The notes below the pieces were generated by a model. That model was not told the origin of the DNA. It made no database searches and saw only the letters and a list, made by a program, of their open reading frames with translations. From Cyanophora paradoxa CCMP329 (Eukaryota > Plantae > Glaucophyta): DNA of 64,000 bases. The position numbers and the translations under genes are program-made. Shown one piece after another: positions 12,032-24,973 of the stretch. Location: assembly GCA_004431415.1 (NCBI GenBank), contig QPMI01000177.1, positions 55,270 through 119,269 on the forward strand. Direction: 5' to 3'. Every line of letters starts with the position of its first letter. The first letter of the stretch is position 1.

Positions 12032-12710
12032 AGTGCTGTCATAATTATGCGCACATCATGATGACGACATCATGATGGCACGTAAAATACGCATCATGAT
12101 GACGTCGGATTATGATCGGGGCCATCATGATGAGGGGGGGGGTACTTGTACAGTGCACAAATCGCGTGTTTCTGGACGCCCGCGCTGTTTGAACGACCTT
12201 ATATGCTGTCTAAATAGCTTAAAGACACCGTATATGCTAGTCAGAGGAGGTTTGGAACGATTCTGACGATGTTGGAAGGCTGCTGTGGTACCGTGGGGGG
12301 TACAGGGGACACCACCCTTAGCCGCTGGCGATGCAAGATCGCACCGATTTCCACTTCGAGAATGGATGCGGAGACGCTTAACACAGCTTCTAAAACACAT
12401 AACACACTATCTTGACATTGCAGGAGGTTAATCAACCGTTCCTCTGCCTCAAAAATCTTGGGAAGAGGGGTGTGTTGGCCTCTTTCAGGCCAACTCTGAG
12501 CCCGATTTCTATCCAGCTTGGTCAGGAATGAGTCATAAACACGTTGCTTTGCATTAGAAACGCAGCAGAGAGCTCGTGCAGCGAAATAGGAGTGGGAAAT
12601 GCCGTGTTAAACGATGATGATCGCTGCATGACATCATGATTGATCATGATTGATCATTATCACCCCATCATGATGCCTCGACGGCCGTGTCCATCATGAT
12701 GACAGCAGCT
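12032..12710. mobile_element. Non-autonomous TIR element (hAT-like CAGTG start) with subterminal catcatgatg repeats
   Basis: cagtgctgtcataattatg ... catcatgatgacagca imperfect TIR, with many catcatgatg copies near both ends. TSD not resolved. Confidence 0.45.
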
Positions 12711-12789
12711 ACATAGTACCCCGGTAGCTAGCGCTGGGCCGCAGACTCCGCATGCGCAGTGAGTCCGCACTGCGGGCAGTCTGCGGCCC

Positions 12790-13200
12790 CGGCAGTGGCC
12801 CATGGCCAGTGGCGAGTCTGGCGAGTCAGTGGCGACTCTGGCGAGTCACTGGCGAGTCAGTGGCGACACTGGCCATGGCGAGTCACTGGCGACTCACCGT
12901 GGCACTGGCGTCAGTCTGGCGAGGGCGTCGTCGTCGACTCGTCAACGTCCGACGGTCGTCGAGTCGTCGAGTCGGCCCGGCTCGGCCGCTGAGTCGGCGA
13001 CCGCGATTCGCGATTCGCGATATCCGATGATCGATCCGATGATCATCGCATCATCGGATCGGAATTTCCGAACGCCGATCGACCGTGGCAGCGTGGCTGT
13101 GTAGCCTGTGTTTCGCTGTCGCGCACTAGTACCACCGGACCTGTTCGGAAATTCCGAACGCCGATCGGAATTCGAATTTCGAATTCGGAATTCCGTAAGC
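12790..13200. repeat. Cluster of short gagtc/gactc and ggaattccg motifs, probably subterminal repeats of decayed DNA transposons
   Basis: Repeated ggcgagtc/ggcgactc, gagtcg and cggaattc motifs in both orientations. Confidence 0.4.
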
Positions 13201-13807
13201 TACCGTGACGCTCTTAGGATTTCCAGTAAAACAGCCAATGGGATGCCAGTAGTGGACGGGTACGCAACGTAGTAAGACACTATAGCTACGACTCTCAGAG
13301 TCTACGAGCTATAGCTAGGACTCTAGGAGCAACTTCCGAGCAAGCGACACCGAGGCGACACTTGCATCATCATGGCATCATAGTTTTTTCCTCGCTGTTA
13401 ATTTTGACTACATACCGGTACTAGGGCGGCAGGGCTGCAACTTCTTAACTTTTTAGTAATACTGCCTTTTGTGTAGATTTGCGGCAGCAGGAGTCCGCCA
13501 ATCGCGAGGCTGGCCCAGTGGCAGCAGCTGGCCCAGAGGCTGAGGATTCGCCTTGTATGCAGAGCAGTCGCGAATCCTCTCGCGATCGCGAGTCGCGAGT
13601 CGCGAGACTCGCGACTCGCGAGTTCGATCGGAGTCGTTCGATTCTATCGTCACTCGGAGTTTCGGAGCTCATTTTTTGGTCGTCGAATTCGAACGAAACA
13701 AAAAACAAAAAAACGGTACTGCTTTCAGGGGTCTCTAGACTCTAGTACTACTAATTAATAGGGGCCCGGCCGCGATTGTCGCGCCGGGGGTGCAAGGGGG
13801 GAACCGG

Positions 13808-14522
13808 GAGCGTGATCCACCGTGCATCTGCATCTGGCAGCCTTTCGCATGATTGGCCTGCCTTGCATTGCATAGTTTCAAGTGAATTTAGTCAAGGCAA
13901 GGCAATGCAGACTTTTTTTGCATCTGAACCTAGGCACCTAGCTTCGGTTCGCAGTCCATGATGCAGCAGCCTAACGGCTAGCCAATTCAAATTGCGCTGC
14001 CGTCGCGCAGCGCATGGAGCATCACTGTCGCCCGCGCCTGATGCTTACGTGCCTGCACACTCATGAGCAACATCTGGACACACTCAGTGACTTGCAATTG
14101 GGCGCTTGTTCTGTGCACGTGCATCTCGAGCTCTATAGCTAGCTAGCGTTAGCTGGCGCTTGCTGCAAGGCGCCAGGTGAGCTGGCATCGTGCAGCTAGT
14201 CAATCTAACATGCTGTTAGGTTGCTAGTGACTTGCTACAGTGCGCAGGGACCGTGGCAGGAAACGGGCGCCGGCGCCAGCAGGACTTGAACCGATGCAGG
14301 CTGCTTCGGCTGTCCTAGGGGGGTCTGAGGCCCCTAAGCAGCGAAGCAGCCTGCATCATTTTTTTTCTGCATTGCTTAGATCGTGCAGTCCAGAGTTTCA
14401 AGTTAAGCAGCTGCATGCAGAGGCAGTCCATGCTGCATTTTCAAGTCGGATTTTCGGAAGCAGTCGTAATTAGCCAATCGCGTAACTTGGAAGTCGAAGC
14501 AGATGCACGGTGGATCACGCTC
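13808..14522. mobile_element. PIF/Harbinger-like MITE nested in the Helitron terminus
   Basis: 24-bp perfect TIR gagcgtgatccaccgtgcatctgc and 3-bp TSD CGG (13805-07, 14523-25). Removing it restores the Helitron terminal sequence seen at ~7980-8005. Confidence 0.85.
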
Positions 14523-15429
14523 CGGGATCTAATGAAAGAGTCCTAGTGGCACGCACATGCGCAGAGTCCTCCCCTCGGGGTCGCGCGCGACGCGCGCGAC
14601 CCCTCGGCTCGGTCACGCGTGCTCGGCTGCGCATATGCGGGCAGCGGCACAGCTAGGCAGCGGCGCAAGCGGTTTTGCGGTGCAAGCTCAAGCACCGTGG
14701 CACGAGTGCCGGGCAGCCGTGAGGGGCCCCTACGGTCGGATTTAAGGAAATGCATTTTTATTATCCTGCGGCGAAAGAGATGTCTAGGGGGGAGTACCGC
14801 ACACAACCGGCGCGCGTCCCGAACTTCAGCAGCGCCGCACCGGGAGAGCACAGAGCATGCATCGGAAGCACGAGGCGGGTAGCTGAGCGCGCTGGCTAGC
14901 TCCCCGGCGCCCCCTCCGCCGACCAACCCGACACCCTGCCTTCGGCGCGGTCGCACACCCCGCGCGGCGAGCCTGGCCTAGTCTGGCCGCTGGAGTAGTT
15001 GTATACATGTTGCAGCCGGCACGTAGCTAGCTACAGCCAGCACCGCGGACGCTCCGCGCCTTGCGAACGGCCGACCTGCGCGGCTTCGGTGACTGCGGGC
15101 AATCCGTCGCTCCCGGTGCCGCTGTATCGCTTCCGAAGGTGCCACATGCATGCTAGTACGTGTATACGATGCTCAACTAGCGTTTGCGGTCCGCTGGCGG
15201 CACCTCCTCTGACCGCAGCCGCAGTGTGCTCGGGAAAGCGCGGGGCGCTTCGCGGGGGCGAGCTTGGTGCGACTCCAGCACCCAGAGCAGCGTTCTGCAC
15301 AACTAAGAGCATCGTTTGCCATCGCAGAACAAGTGCGCACTCGCTGGCGCGGCGCAGCGCTGTCCACCGTGCATCATGCTCTCGCAGAACAAATCCACCC
15401 ACGCTGGCGCGGCGCGCTGCTGTCCGCGG

Positions 15430-16305
15430 CGCCGCGCGCCCCGTCGCAGGAGCCCGCGCCGGGCCGCCCCCGGGCGCCTCGGACGCGAGGGGACGAGACC
15501 GCGACGCCGCCGACGCCTTCCGCCGCCGCCGAGCCCGCCCGTGCAGCCCCGCCCGCGCCCCCGCCCGCCCGCCGCGCGCCCCGCCGCAGGAGCCCGCGCC
15601 GGGCCGCCCCGGGCGCCTCGGACGCGAGGGGACGAGACCGCGACGCCGCCGACGCCTTCCGCCGCCGCCGAGCCCGCCCGTGCAGCCCCGCCCGCGCCCC
15701 CGCCCGCCCGCCGCGCGCCCCGCCGCAGGAGCCCGCGCCGGGCCGCCCCGGGCGCCTCGGACGCGAGGGGACGAGACCGCGACGCCGCCGACGCCTTCCG
15801 CCGCCGCCGAGCCCGCCCGTGCAGCCCCGCCCGCGCCCCCGCCCGCCCGCCGCGCGCCCCGCCGCAGGAGCCCGCGCCGGGCCGCCCCGGGCGCCTCGGA
15901 CGCGAGGGGACGAGACCGCGACGCCGCCGACGCCTTCCGCCGCCGCCGAGCCCGCCCGTGCAGCCCCGCCCGCGCCCCCCGCCCGCCCGCCGCGCGCCCG
16001 CCGCAGGAGCCCGCGCCGGGCCGCCCCGGGCGCCTCGGACGCGAGGGAACGAGACCGCGACGCCGCCGACGCCTTCCGCCGCCGCCGAGCCCGCCCGTGC
16101 AGCCCCGCCCGCGCCCCCGCCGCCCGCCGCGCGCCCCGCCGCAGGAGCCCGCGCCGGGCCGCCCCGGGCGCCTCGGACGCGAGGGGACGAGACCGCGACG
16201 CCGCCGACGCCTTCCGCCGCCGCCGAGCCGCCCGTGCAGCCCCGCCGCGCCCCCCGCCCGCCCGCCGCGCGCCCCGCCGCAGGAGTCCGCGCCGGGCGCC
16301 CCCGG
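15430..16305 (+). repeat. Tandem repeat, ~139-bp unit, about 6.3 copies
   Basis: The gcaggag anchor recurs at 15446, 15586, 15725, 15864, 16003, 16141 and 16279. Confidence 0.95.
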
Positions 16306-18473
16306 AGCTTATTGTAGCTTTGCTTTCTCGCCTCAGAGGCACGCGAGCGCTCTATGAAGCCTATATTTTGTTTCAAAAGCATGTAAATGACTTGTATTCT
16401 GCGCCCTGAGCGCTGCATGCAACTGGGCGCGCGAGGATCACTCAGGGGGCATCTGGGGCCCCAATTTCCAGTAGTTCTTGAATACCGACCCAGGCTTTGA
16501 TCGGCGGCCTTCGGTACCACCACCATCGTCTTCAGCACCTTCGAAAACCCCCGGGGACGTGAAATCGCCACTTCTGAGTGAGTTGATGCTTCAATAAGGC
16601 ATCATGAGCACGTCGGGGTGGCATTTTGGAACTTGAAAACTGAGAAGTTCCAGAGAGGGTCCTACGAGTGAAGTTCAAAACACCGGTCGGGCCCAAAAAC
16701 ACTTCGGATCACCCTGTATCTTGGTGCAGTGATAAAACTACATGTAATAATGATTCTGGCTCAAAGAGCGCCTGCTGGGGCCAGCCAGTCGCCCAGGAAC
16801 TCACTGGCTCACTGCAACTCATGAGCAATCTCTGCTGGGGAAGCGCGCGCCAGGGCCGCGCTGCAGCCGCGCAAGCTCTATTCATGCGCTTACCGAATCG
16901 CGCTATGGCGGCCCTGCGAGCCCTCGCGGTGCTAAGCCTTTGAAGCGAGATCAAATTGCCCAGGTGCATACACGGCAGGAGCAGGCGACGATCGAGGCGG
17001 GCGCGCGCCAGAGCCACGGTGCATCCACGCAAGCTCTATCAAAGCTAACATCGATTCGCGCTCCCGGCGGCCCGTCGCGCCCTCGCAGTTCGCAGCGGAA
17101 TCGAATCGCCCAGGTGCCCCCGCTGGAGGAGGTGCCGCTGGCGGCGGGGGTGCATGCCGCTGCCCTCACGCGCGCTCGGCGCGAGATCTAGATGTGTCTC
17201 GTGGCCCTGGACATCTCAACCCGCACCGCCCCGCCGTTGCAGCCATGCCATCTGGAACCGCATGACATGCTTGATTGCACAAGAGAGCGCATCTGCCTGG
17301 GGCGCGGCGGGCCACGAAGCGGGGGTTTGGCGGGACGTCAGCGATGCAAGCAAGCGATGCGCGACCTCGGAGGCGGCGAAAGATGCCATGGCGACTCGAG
17401 GCCTGCGAGAGGCGGGGCTGGATCCAGTTAGGCCGGGGCGCGCGAGCGCGGCGGCGCGGGGCCTCGACACGCAGCGTTACGAGATGTTCATGTTATACAT
17501 GAGTCTTCCGCATGGCCGCTGCGCTCCTGCGCTGCGGCGTGGCTGCGCTCGGATCAAGTCTCGCGAGAAGGACCTGCGCGTGCAGCTTAGAGTGCACGAA
17601 TAGGCCTTACACGTTAGCTATGAGCACCTCTGCATGCCAGCGGGCCCGTTCACTGCCGCCGTCCGCTGCTGCAAGTTGTTAGGGAGAGCCTTCGGGGCGC
17701 TCGTTTGGGAAATCCCTCTCTACCGATCTTCCCATCTTGCGCCTATGGAGTCCATGTGATGCCCACAGCTTATACTGCGAGTATGAAGCAAACGGTAGAG
17801 AGGGATTTCACGCACCAGCGACCGCTAACAAACTGGATCTCGACAACGCGGTTCGTAAGGCGGCCCGTTCTTGAGCTCAAACGAAGCGCTATGATACAGA
17901 AGACATGTAGGCGCTATGAAAAGGGGCGCTTACGAACCTACTTTTCACGCACCGAGGACCGGAAGTTCGGCGCTCCGTGCTCCGGGCTCTGGAGCTCGCT
18001 GTCGGGCGCCCAACGTACTCTCATACGCTTTAGCGACCTTCATTGCTTGCTGGCTGATGCCGCCCGGCCGCCGTTGGCTGCGTCGGGCTGTCGCTCCTTC
18101 CTCGGGTACGGTCGTATTTGGGTCCCACCTCGAGGCGGGCTAGTTGCAACGAAAATAATATTCGATTTCCTTGTTTCAATTAACACAGGCCCCTCACGAG
18201 CGTGCTCGGCTGCGGGCAGCGGCGCGTGCTCGGTACGCAGTGCTGCGATGCAAGCTTGATGCAGTGAAAAGTAGTCCAGGCGGCACGGGTACCGTGCGGC
18301 ATACGCGGCGCACTGCAGCTGCGAGGAAGTGGAAATCTACTAGGCTAGAGGAGACAGCTAGGGAGAAGTGGTTCCATGCAGAAACGCGCAAGGAAGAGCA
18401 AGGCGTACTACGGTACGCGGCGCACTGCGAGGAAGCCGAAATCTAGAGGAGACAGCTAGGGAGCCTCGGAGAA

Positions 18474-21400
18474 GTGCAGAATTTCGAGGGGACAGATTAG
18501 CGCTAATGTGTCCCATCTTCGCTAGCGTTTGTGGCCTGTTACAATTAGCAGCTCCACAGAATCCCTTAATAACATTACTGCACGCTCGGAATATTAATTC
18601 ATGTATGATGTATCGTGGATCGATATCCGATCCGGAGCCCAGTAACTTAACTATATATGCATGTGGCACAGCCTCACAGGCCAGCGGCAGATGGGCGGCC
18701 GCCGGGCCCGGGCGCCGGGCTGCCGCAGTGCGGCGCCACTGTGCAGGACGGCAGAAACCTGCTAGCCAATAACTCCCACATGCTTGAATATTAATATTAA
18801 TATTGTTACTTGTTTTGGGCCAGGAACTTCGTTATTAAAGGATCTTCGAATTCTGCAGAATATCGAGGGGGGTGGTTAGCGCTAATCCCCCGCATTCTCG
18901 CTGGCGTTTGTGGCATGTTACAATTAGCAGCTCCACAGAAATCCTTGATTAAATTACTGCACGCTCGTGCATCACTATATATATGCATGCTGGCATGATG
19001 CATGTTGCGCATATCATAGTATGCATGCACGTACAGCAGCACAGGCCAGCGGCAGATCTAGATGGGCGGCTGCCGCAGTGCGGGCCTGTGCGGCCCCACT
19101 GTCCGACGGTCACAGTGTGCGGGACGGCAGAACACCTGCTGGCCAATAGCCCACATATGCGTGAGTATTGTTATTTGTTCTGGGCCAGGAACTTCGTTAT
19201 TGAAGGATCTTCGAATTATGCAGAATTTCGAGGGGACAGATTAGCGCTAATGTGTCCCATCTTCGCTAGCGCTAGCGTTTGTGGCCTGTTACAATTAGCA
19301 GCTCCACAGAATCCCTTAATAACATTACTGCACGCTCGGAATATTAATTCATGTATCGTGGATCGATATCCGATCCGGAGCCCAGTAACTTAACTATATA
19401 TGCATGTGGCACAGCCTCACAGGCCAGCGGCAGATGGGCGGCCGTCGGGCCCGGGCTGCCGCAGTGCGGCGCCACTGTGCAGGACGGCAGAAACCTGCTA
19501 GCCAATAACTCCCACATGCTTGAATATTAATATTAATATTGTTACTTGTTTTGGGCCAGGAACTTCGTTATTAAAGGATCTTCGAATTCTGCAGAATATC
19601 GAGGGGGTGGTTAGCGCTAATCCCCCGCATTCTCGCTGGCGTTTGTGGCATGTTACAATTAGCAGCTCCACAGAAATCCTTGATTAAATTACTGCACGCT
19701 CGTGCATCACTATATATATGCATGCTGGCATGATGCATGTTGCGCATATCATAGTATGCATGCACGTACAGCAGCACAGGCCAGCGGCAGATCTAGATGG
19801 GCGGCTGCCGCAGTGCGGGCCTGTGCGGCCCCACTGTCACAGTGTGCGGGACGGCAGAACACCTGCTGGCCAATAGCCCACATATGCGTGAGTATTGTTA
19901 TTTGTTCTGGGCCAGGAACTTCGTTATTGAAGGATCTTCGAATTATGCAGAATTTCGAGGGGACAGATTAGCGCTAATGTGTCCCATCTTCGCTAGCGTT
20001 TGTGGCCTGTTACAATTAGCAGCTCCACAGAATCCCTTAATAACATTACTGCACGCTCGGAATATTAATTCATGTATCGTGGATCGATATCCGATCCGGA
20101 GCCCAGTAACTTAACTATATATGCATGTGGCACAGCCTCACAGGCCAGCGGCAGATGGGCGGCCGCCGGGCTGCCGCAGTGCGGCGCCACTGTGCAGGAC
20201 GGCAGAAACCTGCTAGCCAATAACTCCCACATGCTTGAATATTAATATTGTTACTTGTTTTGGGCCAGGAACTTCGTTATTAAAGGATCTTCGAATTCTG
20301 CAGAATATCGAGGGGGGAGGTTAGCGCTAATCCCCCGCATTCTCGCTGGCGTTTGTGGCATGTTACAATTAGCAGCTCCACAGAAATCCTTGATTAAATT
20401 ACTGCACGCTCGGAATATTAATTCACGTATCGTGGATTCCGATCGCAAGCCTAATTACCGTAGTACTACGTATACGGTACGTGACCAACGGAACAGCTTG
20501 CGCTCGTGCATCACTATATATATAGCTATATATATATGCATGCTGGCATGATGCATGTTGCGCATATCATAGTATGCATGCACGTACAGCAGCACAGGCC
20601 AGCGGCAGATCTAGATGGGCGGCTGCCGCAGTGCGGGCCTGTGCGGCCCCACTGTCACAGTGTGCGGGACGGCAGAACACCTGCTGGCCAATAGCCCACA
20701 TATGCGTGAGTATTGTTATTTGTTCTGGGCCAGGAACTTCGTTATTGAAGGATCTTCGAATTATGCAGAATTTCGAGGGGACAGATTAGCGCTAATGTGT
20801 CCCATCTTCGCTAGCGCTAGCGTTTGTGGCCTGTTACAATTAGCAGCTCCACAGAATCCCTTAATAACATTACTGCACGCTCGGAATATTAATTCATGTA
20901 TCGTGGATCGATATCCGATCCGGAGCCCAGTAACTTAACTATATATGCATGTGGCACAGCCTCACAGGCCAGCGGCAGATGGGCGGCCGTCGGGCCCGGG
21001 CTGCCGCAGTGCGGCGCCACTGTGCAGGACGGCAGAAACCTGCTAGCCAATAACTCCCACATGCTTGAATATTAATATTAATATTGTTACTTGTTTTGGG
21101 CCAGGAACTTCGTTATTAAAGGATCTTCGAATTCTGCAGAATATCGAGGGGGGTGGTTAGCGCTAATCCCCCGCATTCTCGCTGGCGTTTGTGGCATGTT
21201 ACAATTAGCAGCTCCACAGAAATCCTTGATTAAATTACTGCACGCTCGTGCATCACTATATATATGCATGCTGGCATGATGCATGTTGCGCATATCATAG
21301 TATGCATGCACGTACAGCAGCACAGGCCAGCGGCAGATCTAGATGGGCGGCTGCCGCAGTGCGGGCCTGTGCGGCCCCACTGTCACAGTGTGCGGGACGG

Positions 21401-24400
21401 CAGAACACCTGCTGGCCAATAGCCCACATATGCGTGAGTATTGTTATTTGTTCTGGGCCAGGAACTTCGTTATTGAAGGATCTTCGAATTATGCAGAATT
21501 TCGAGGGGACAGATTAGCGCTAATGTGTCCCATGGCCATCTTCGCTAGCGTTTGTGGCCTGTTACAATTAGCAGCTCCACAGAATCCCTTAATTGCAAGG
21601 GGGGAAGGGGGCCCCCTTGCTTCCCGTTCCCTCGCTTCAGCCAAAAGTTTTCTATGAGGCCGTTTTCGAGGGCCAGCTTGCAACGAAATTGTCGGTTATT
21701 CGCGATCCGATTGGCTCGGTGAACCGGTCAGCTCTCGACTTTCGAGCGTCGAATTCGAGGGGAAAACGTGGTTTTCGAAGGGAAAACTAACTTCTCTCTA
21801 ACTCCGGTCTTCGAATTCCTTGCGCGGTTCTGCATGGAACCAGTTCTCCCTAGCTGTCTCCTCTAGATTTCGGCTTCCTCGCAGTGCGTCGCGTACGCCT
21901 TGCTCGAGCTCTTCGTTGCGCGGTTCTGCATGGAACCACTTCTCTCTACCTGTCAACGTCTCCTCTAGATTTCCGCCTAGAAACTGCTTGCGTTGCTGCC
22001 TGCGCCGCTGCAGCTGATCGCAGCCGAGCACGCCCGGCCGGCCAGATCTAGACCGTACTCTCTTGCTGCGCTTATATTGCAGAACCGCGTGTGCCGGCCG
22101 AGCACGCCGGCCGGGCCGGGCGCTCGGCGCTCTTGTTGCGATCGGCACCCGGACAGCAGACTAGCTATAGTTCGTGTCCTGCGCACGACGTGGCGCTTGT
22201 CCGCTCATTCGGCACCCCGCGTGCGCCCTGTGTTGCGCCGCGTGCACGTGCGTGCGCCCCCGCCGCCTGCCACCCGGCCTGGGCACGTGCACTAGTACTG
22301 CCTCCGGACGCGCCGCTGCACGCCGCTTTCCGGTCGACGTCGTTACGGATCCAGCTTCTGTTAGCTATCGTCGCTCCGAGCTTTGCCGGGCCAGAGGCCG
22401 CTCTGTGTCTATCTTTACTACGTATACTTCAACCTGCCGCGCGCGCTGGGCCGGGGTCGATCTACATCTGCCCCGTGCATGTTCGTGCCACTACTACTCT
22501 TTCATTAGATCCCGATCCCCCCCTTGCACCCCCGGCGCGCCAAACGCGGCGGGGCCCTAGTAACATTACTGCACGCTCGGAATATTAATTCATGTATCGT
22601 GGATCGATATCCGATCCGGAGCCCAGTAACTTAACTATATATGCATGTGGCACAGCCTCACAGGCCAGCGGCAGATGGGCGGCCGCCGGGCCCGGGCTGC
22701 CGCAGTGCGGCGCCACTGTGCAGGACGGCAGAAACCTGCTAGCCAATAACTCCCACATGCTTGAATATTAATATTGTTACTTGTTTAAAGTAATTTGGGC
22801 CAGGAACTTCGTTATTAAAGGATCTTCGAATTCTGCAGAATTTCGAGGGGGGAGGTTAATAAGCGCTAATCCCCCGCATTCTCGCTGGCGTTTGTGGCAT
22901 GTTACAATTAGCAGCTCCACAGAAATCCTTGATTAAATTACTGCACGCTCGGAATATTAATTCACGTATCGTGGATCCCGATCGCAAGCCTAATTACCGT
23001 AGTACTACGGTACGTGACCAACGGAACAGCGCTAGCTTGCGCTCGTGCATCACTATATATATAGCTATATATATGCATGCTGGCATGATGCATGTTGCGC
23101 ATATCATAGTATGCATGCACGTACAGCAGCACAGGCCAGCGGCAGATCTAGATGGGCAGCTGCCGCAGTGCGGGCCTGTGCGGCCCCACTGTCACAGTGT
23201 GCGGGACGGCAGAACACCTGCTGGCCAATAGCCCACATATGCGTGAGTATTGTTATTTGTTCTGGGCCAGGAACTTCGTTATTGAAGGATCTTCGAATTA
23301 TGCAGAATTTCGAGGGGACAGATTAGCGCTAATGTGTCCCATCTTCGCTAGCGTTTGTGGCCTGTTACAATTAGCAGCTCCACAGAATCCCTTAATAACA
23401 TTACTGCACGCTCGGAATATTAATTCATGTATCGTGGATCGATATCCGATCCGGAGCCCAGTAACTTAACTATATATGCATGTGGCACAGCCTCACAGGC
23501 CAGCGGCAGATGGGCGGCCGCCGGGCTGCCGCAGTGCGGCGCCACTGTGCAGGACGGCAGAAACCTGCTAGCCAATAACTCCCACATGCTTGAATATTAA
23601 TATTGTTACTTGTTTTGGGCCAGGAACTTCGTTATTAAAGGATCTTCGAATTCTGCAGAATATCGAGGGGGGAGGTTAGCGCTAATCCCCCGCATTCTCG
23701 CTGGCGTTTGTGGCATGTTACAATTAGCAGCTCCACAGAAATCCTTGATTAAATTACTGCACGCTCGGAATATTAATTCACGTATCGTGGATTCCGATCG
23801 CAAGCCTAATTACCGTAGTACTACGTATACGGTACGTGACCAACGGAACAGCTTGCGCTCGTGCATCACTATATATATAGCTATATATATATGCATGCTG
23901 GCATGATGCATGTTGCGCATATCATAGTATGCATGCACGTACAGCAGCACAGGCCAGCGGCAGATCTAGATGGGCGGCTGCCGCAGTGCGGGCCTGTGCG
24001 GCCCCACTGTCACAGTGTGCGGGACGGCAGAACACCTGCTGGCCAATAGCCCACATATGCGTGAGTATTGTTATTTGTTCTGGGCCAGGAACTTCGTTAT
24101 TAAATTGAAGGACTCCGGGATCTTCGAATTATGCAGAATTTCGAGGGGACAGATTAGCGCTAATGTGTCCCATCTTCGCTAGCGCTAGCGTTTGTGGCCT
24201 GTTACAATTAGCAGCTCCACAGAATCCCTTAATAACATTACTGCACGCTCGGAATATTAATTCATGTATCGTGGATCGATATCCGATCCGGAGCCCAGTA
24301 ACTTAACTATATATGCATGTGGCACAGCCTCACAGGCCAGCGGCAGATGGGCGGCTGCCGCAGTGCGGCGCCACTGTGCAGGACGGCAGAAACCTGCTAG

Positions 24401-24650
24401 CCAATAACTCCCACATGCTTGAATATTAATATTGTTACTTGTTTTGGGCCAGGAACTTCGTTATTAAAGGATCTTCGAATTCTGCAGAATATCGAAGGGG
24501 GGGGGGGGGGGGGGGTTAGCGCTAATCCCCCGCATTCGATCTCGCTGGCGTTTGTGCATGGCATGCCATGATATCGATGTACATGTTACAATCAGCAGCT
24601 CCACAGGAATTCTTTAATTAATTAAATTACTGCACGCTCCGGATCCGGCC
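18474..24650. repeat. Satellite array: ~730-820-bp higher-order unit of two related ~370-bp subunits, about 7 units, interrupted at 21593-22560
   Basis: Alternating gggacagattagcgctaatgtgtccc and ggggg(t/a)ggttagcgctaatccccc subunits in near-identical copies, with a 90-bp presence/absence variant. Confidence 0.95.
21593..22560 (+). mobile_element. Non-autonomous Helitron/Helentron-like element, 968 bp
   Basis: Inserted in the satellite at cccttaa^taacatt with no TSD; the empty site is present in the other units. 5' ttgcaagggggg, and 3' ccccccttgca + hairpin + CTAG. Confidence 0.9.
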
Positions 24651-24732
24651 GGAGCCTAATAATATAAAGAAGGGACCGTTGCACATTCGATCAGTCGCAG
24701 TACTAGTACGGTAGTAGTACCGCACTTATATA

Positions 24733-24973
24733 CACAGCTCGTTTTTTTTACCGGTCGACCCAACACGGCCAAATATCCGGTTTCGTTAAATTCCCCTCGG
24801 GTTTTCGGAATTCCCCGGCTTTAGCTAGTGCAATCTACCCGGTAGCATGCCGGCTACAAGCTGTTGCGAGGAGACTAGCCGTTTTGCGGCGGGTGAAAAG
24901 TTATCGCGATCGCCGGCTACCCTTGCCCATATCCGGGCCGTGTTGGGTCGATTAGGAAAAAAAACGAGCTGTG
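24733..24973. mobile_element. CMC (CACTA/Chapaev-like) MITE
   Basis: TIR cacagctcgtttttttt...tcgacccaacacggcc / ggccgtgttgggtcga...aaaaaaaacgagctgtg, with 3-bp TSD ATA. Confidence 0.85.

Larger units (their letters stand above)
13759..18465 (-). mobile_element. Larger Helitron-family copy (3' end at 13759) with nested and captured sequence; 5' extent inferred
   Basis: The reverse complement of 13759-13807 is the family 3' terminus. Homology resumes at 14523 after a nested MITE. 18330-18465 is the reverse complement of 21850-21975 in the sister element. Confidence 0.55.

Noticed and set aside
16800-18100. Possible genes in the 16.8-18.1 kb region
   Set aside because: Fragmented, with stops and no recognisable domain; probably decayed captured sequence.
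18474-24650. Satellite as a CRISPR array or as repeated small genes
   Set aside because: There are no unique spacers and no cas genes. The recurring short ORFs merely mirror the repeat and are broken by indels.
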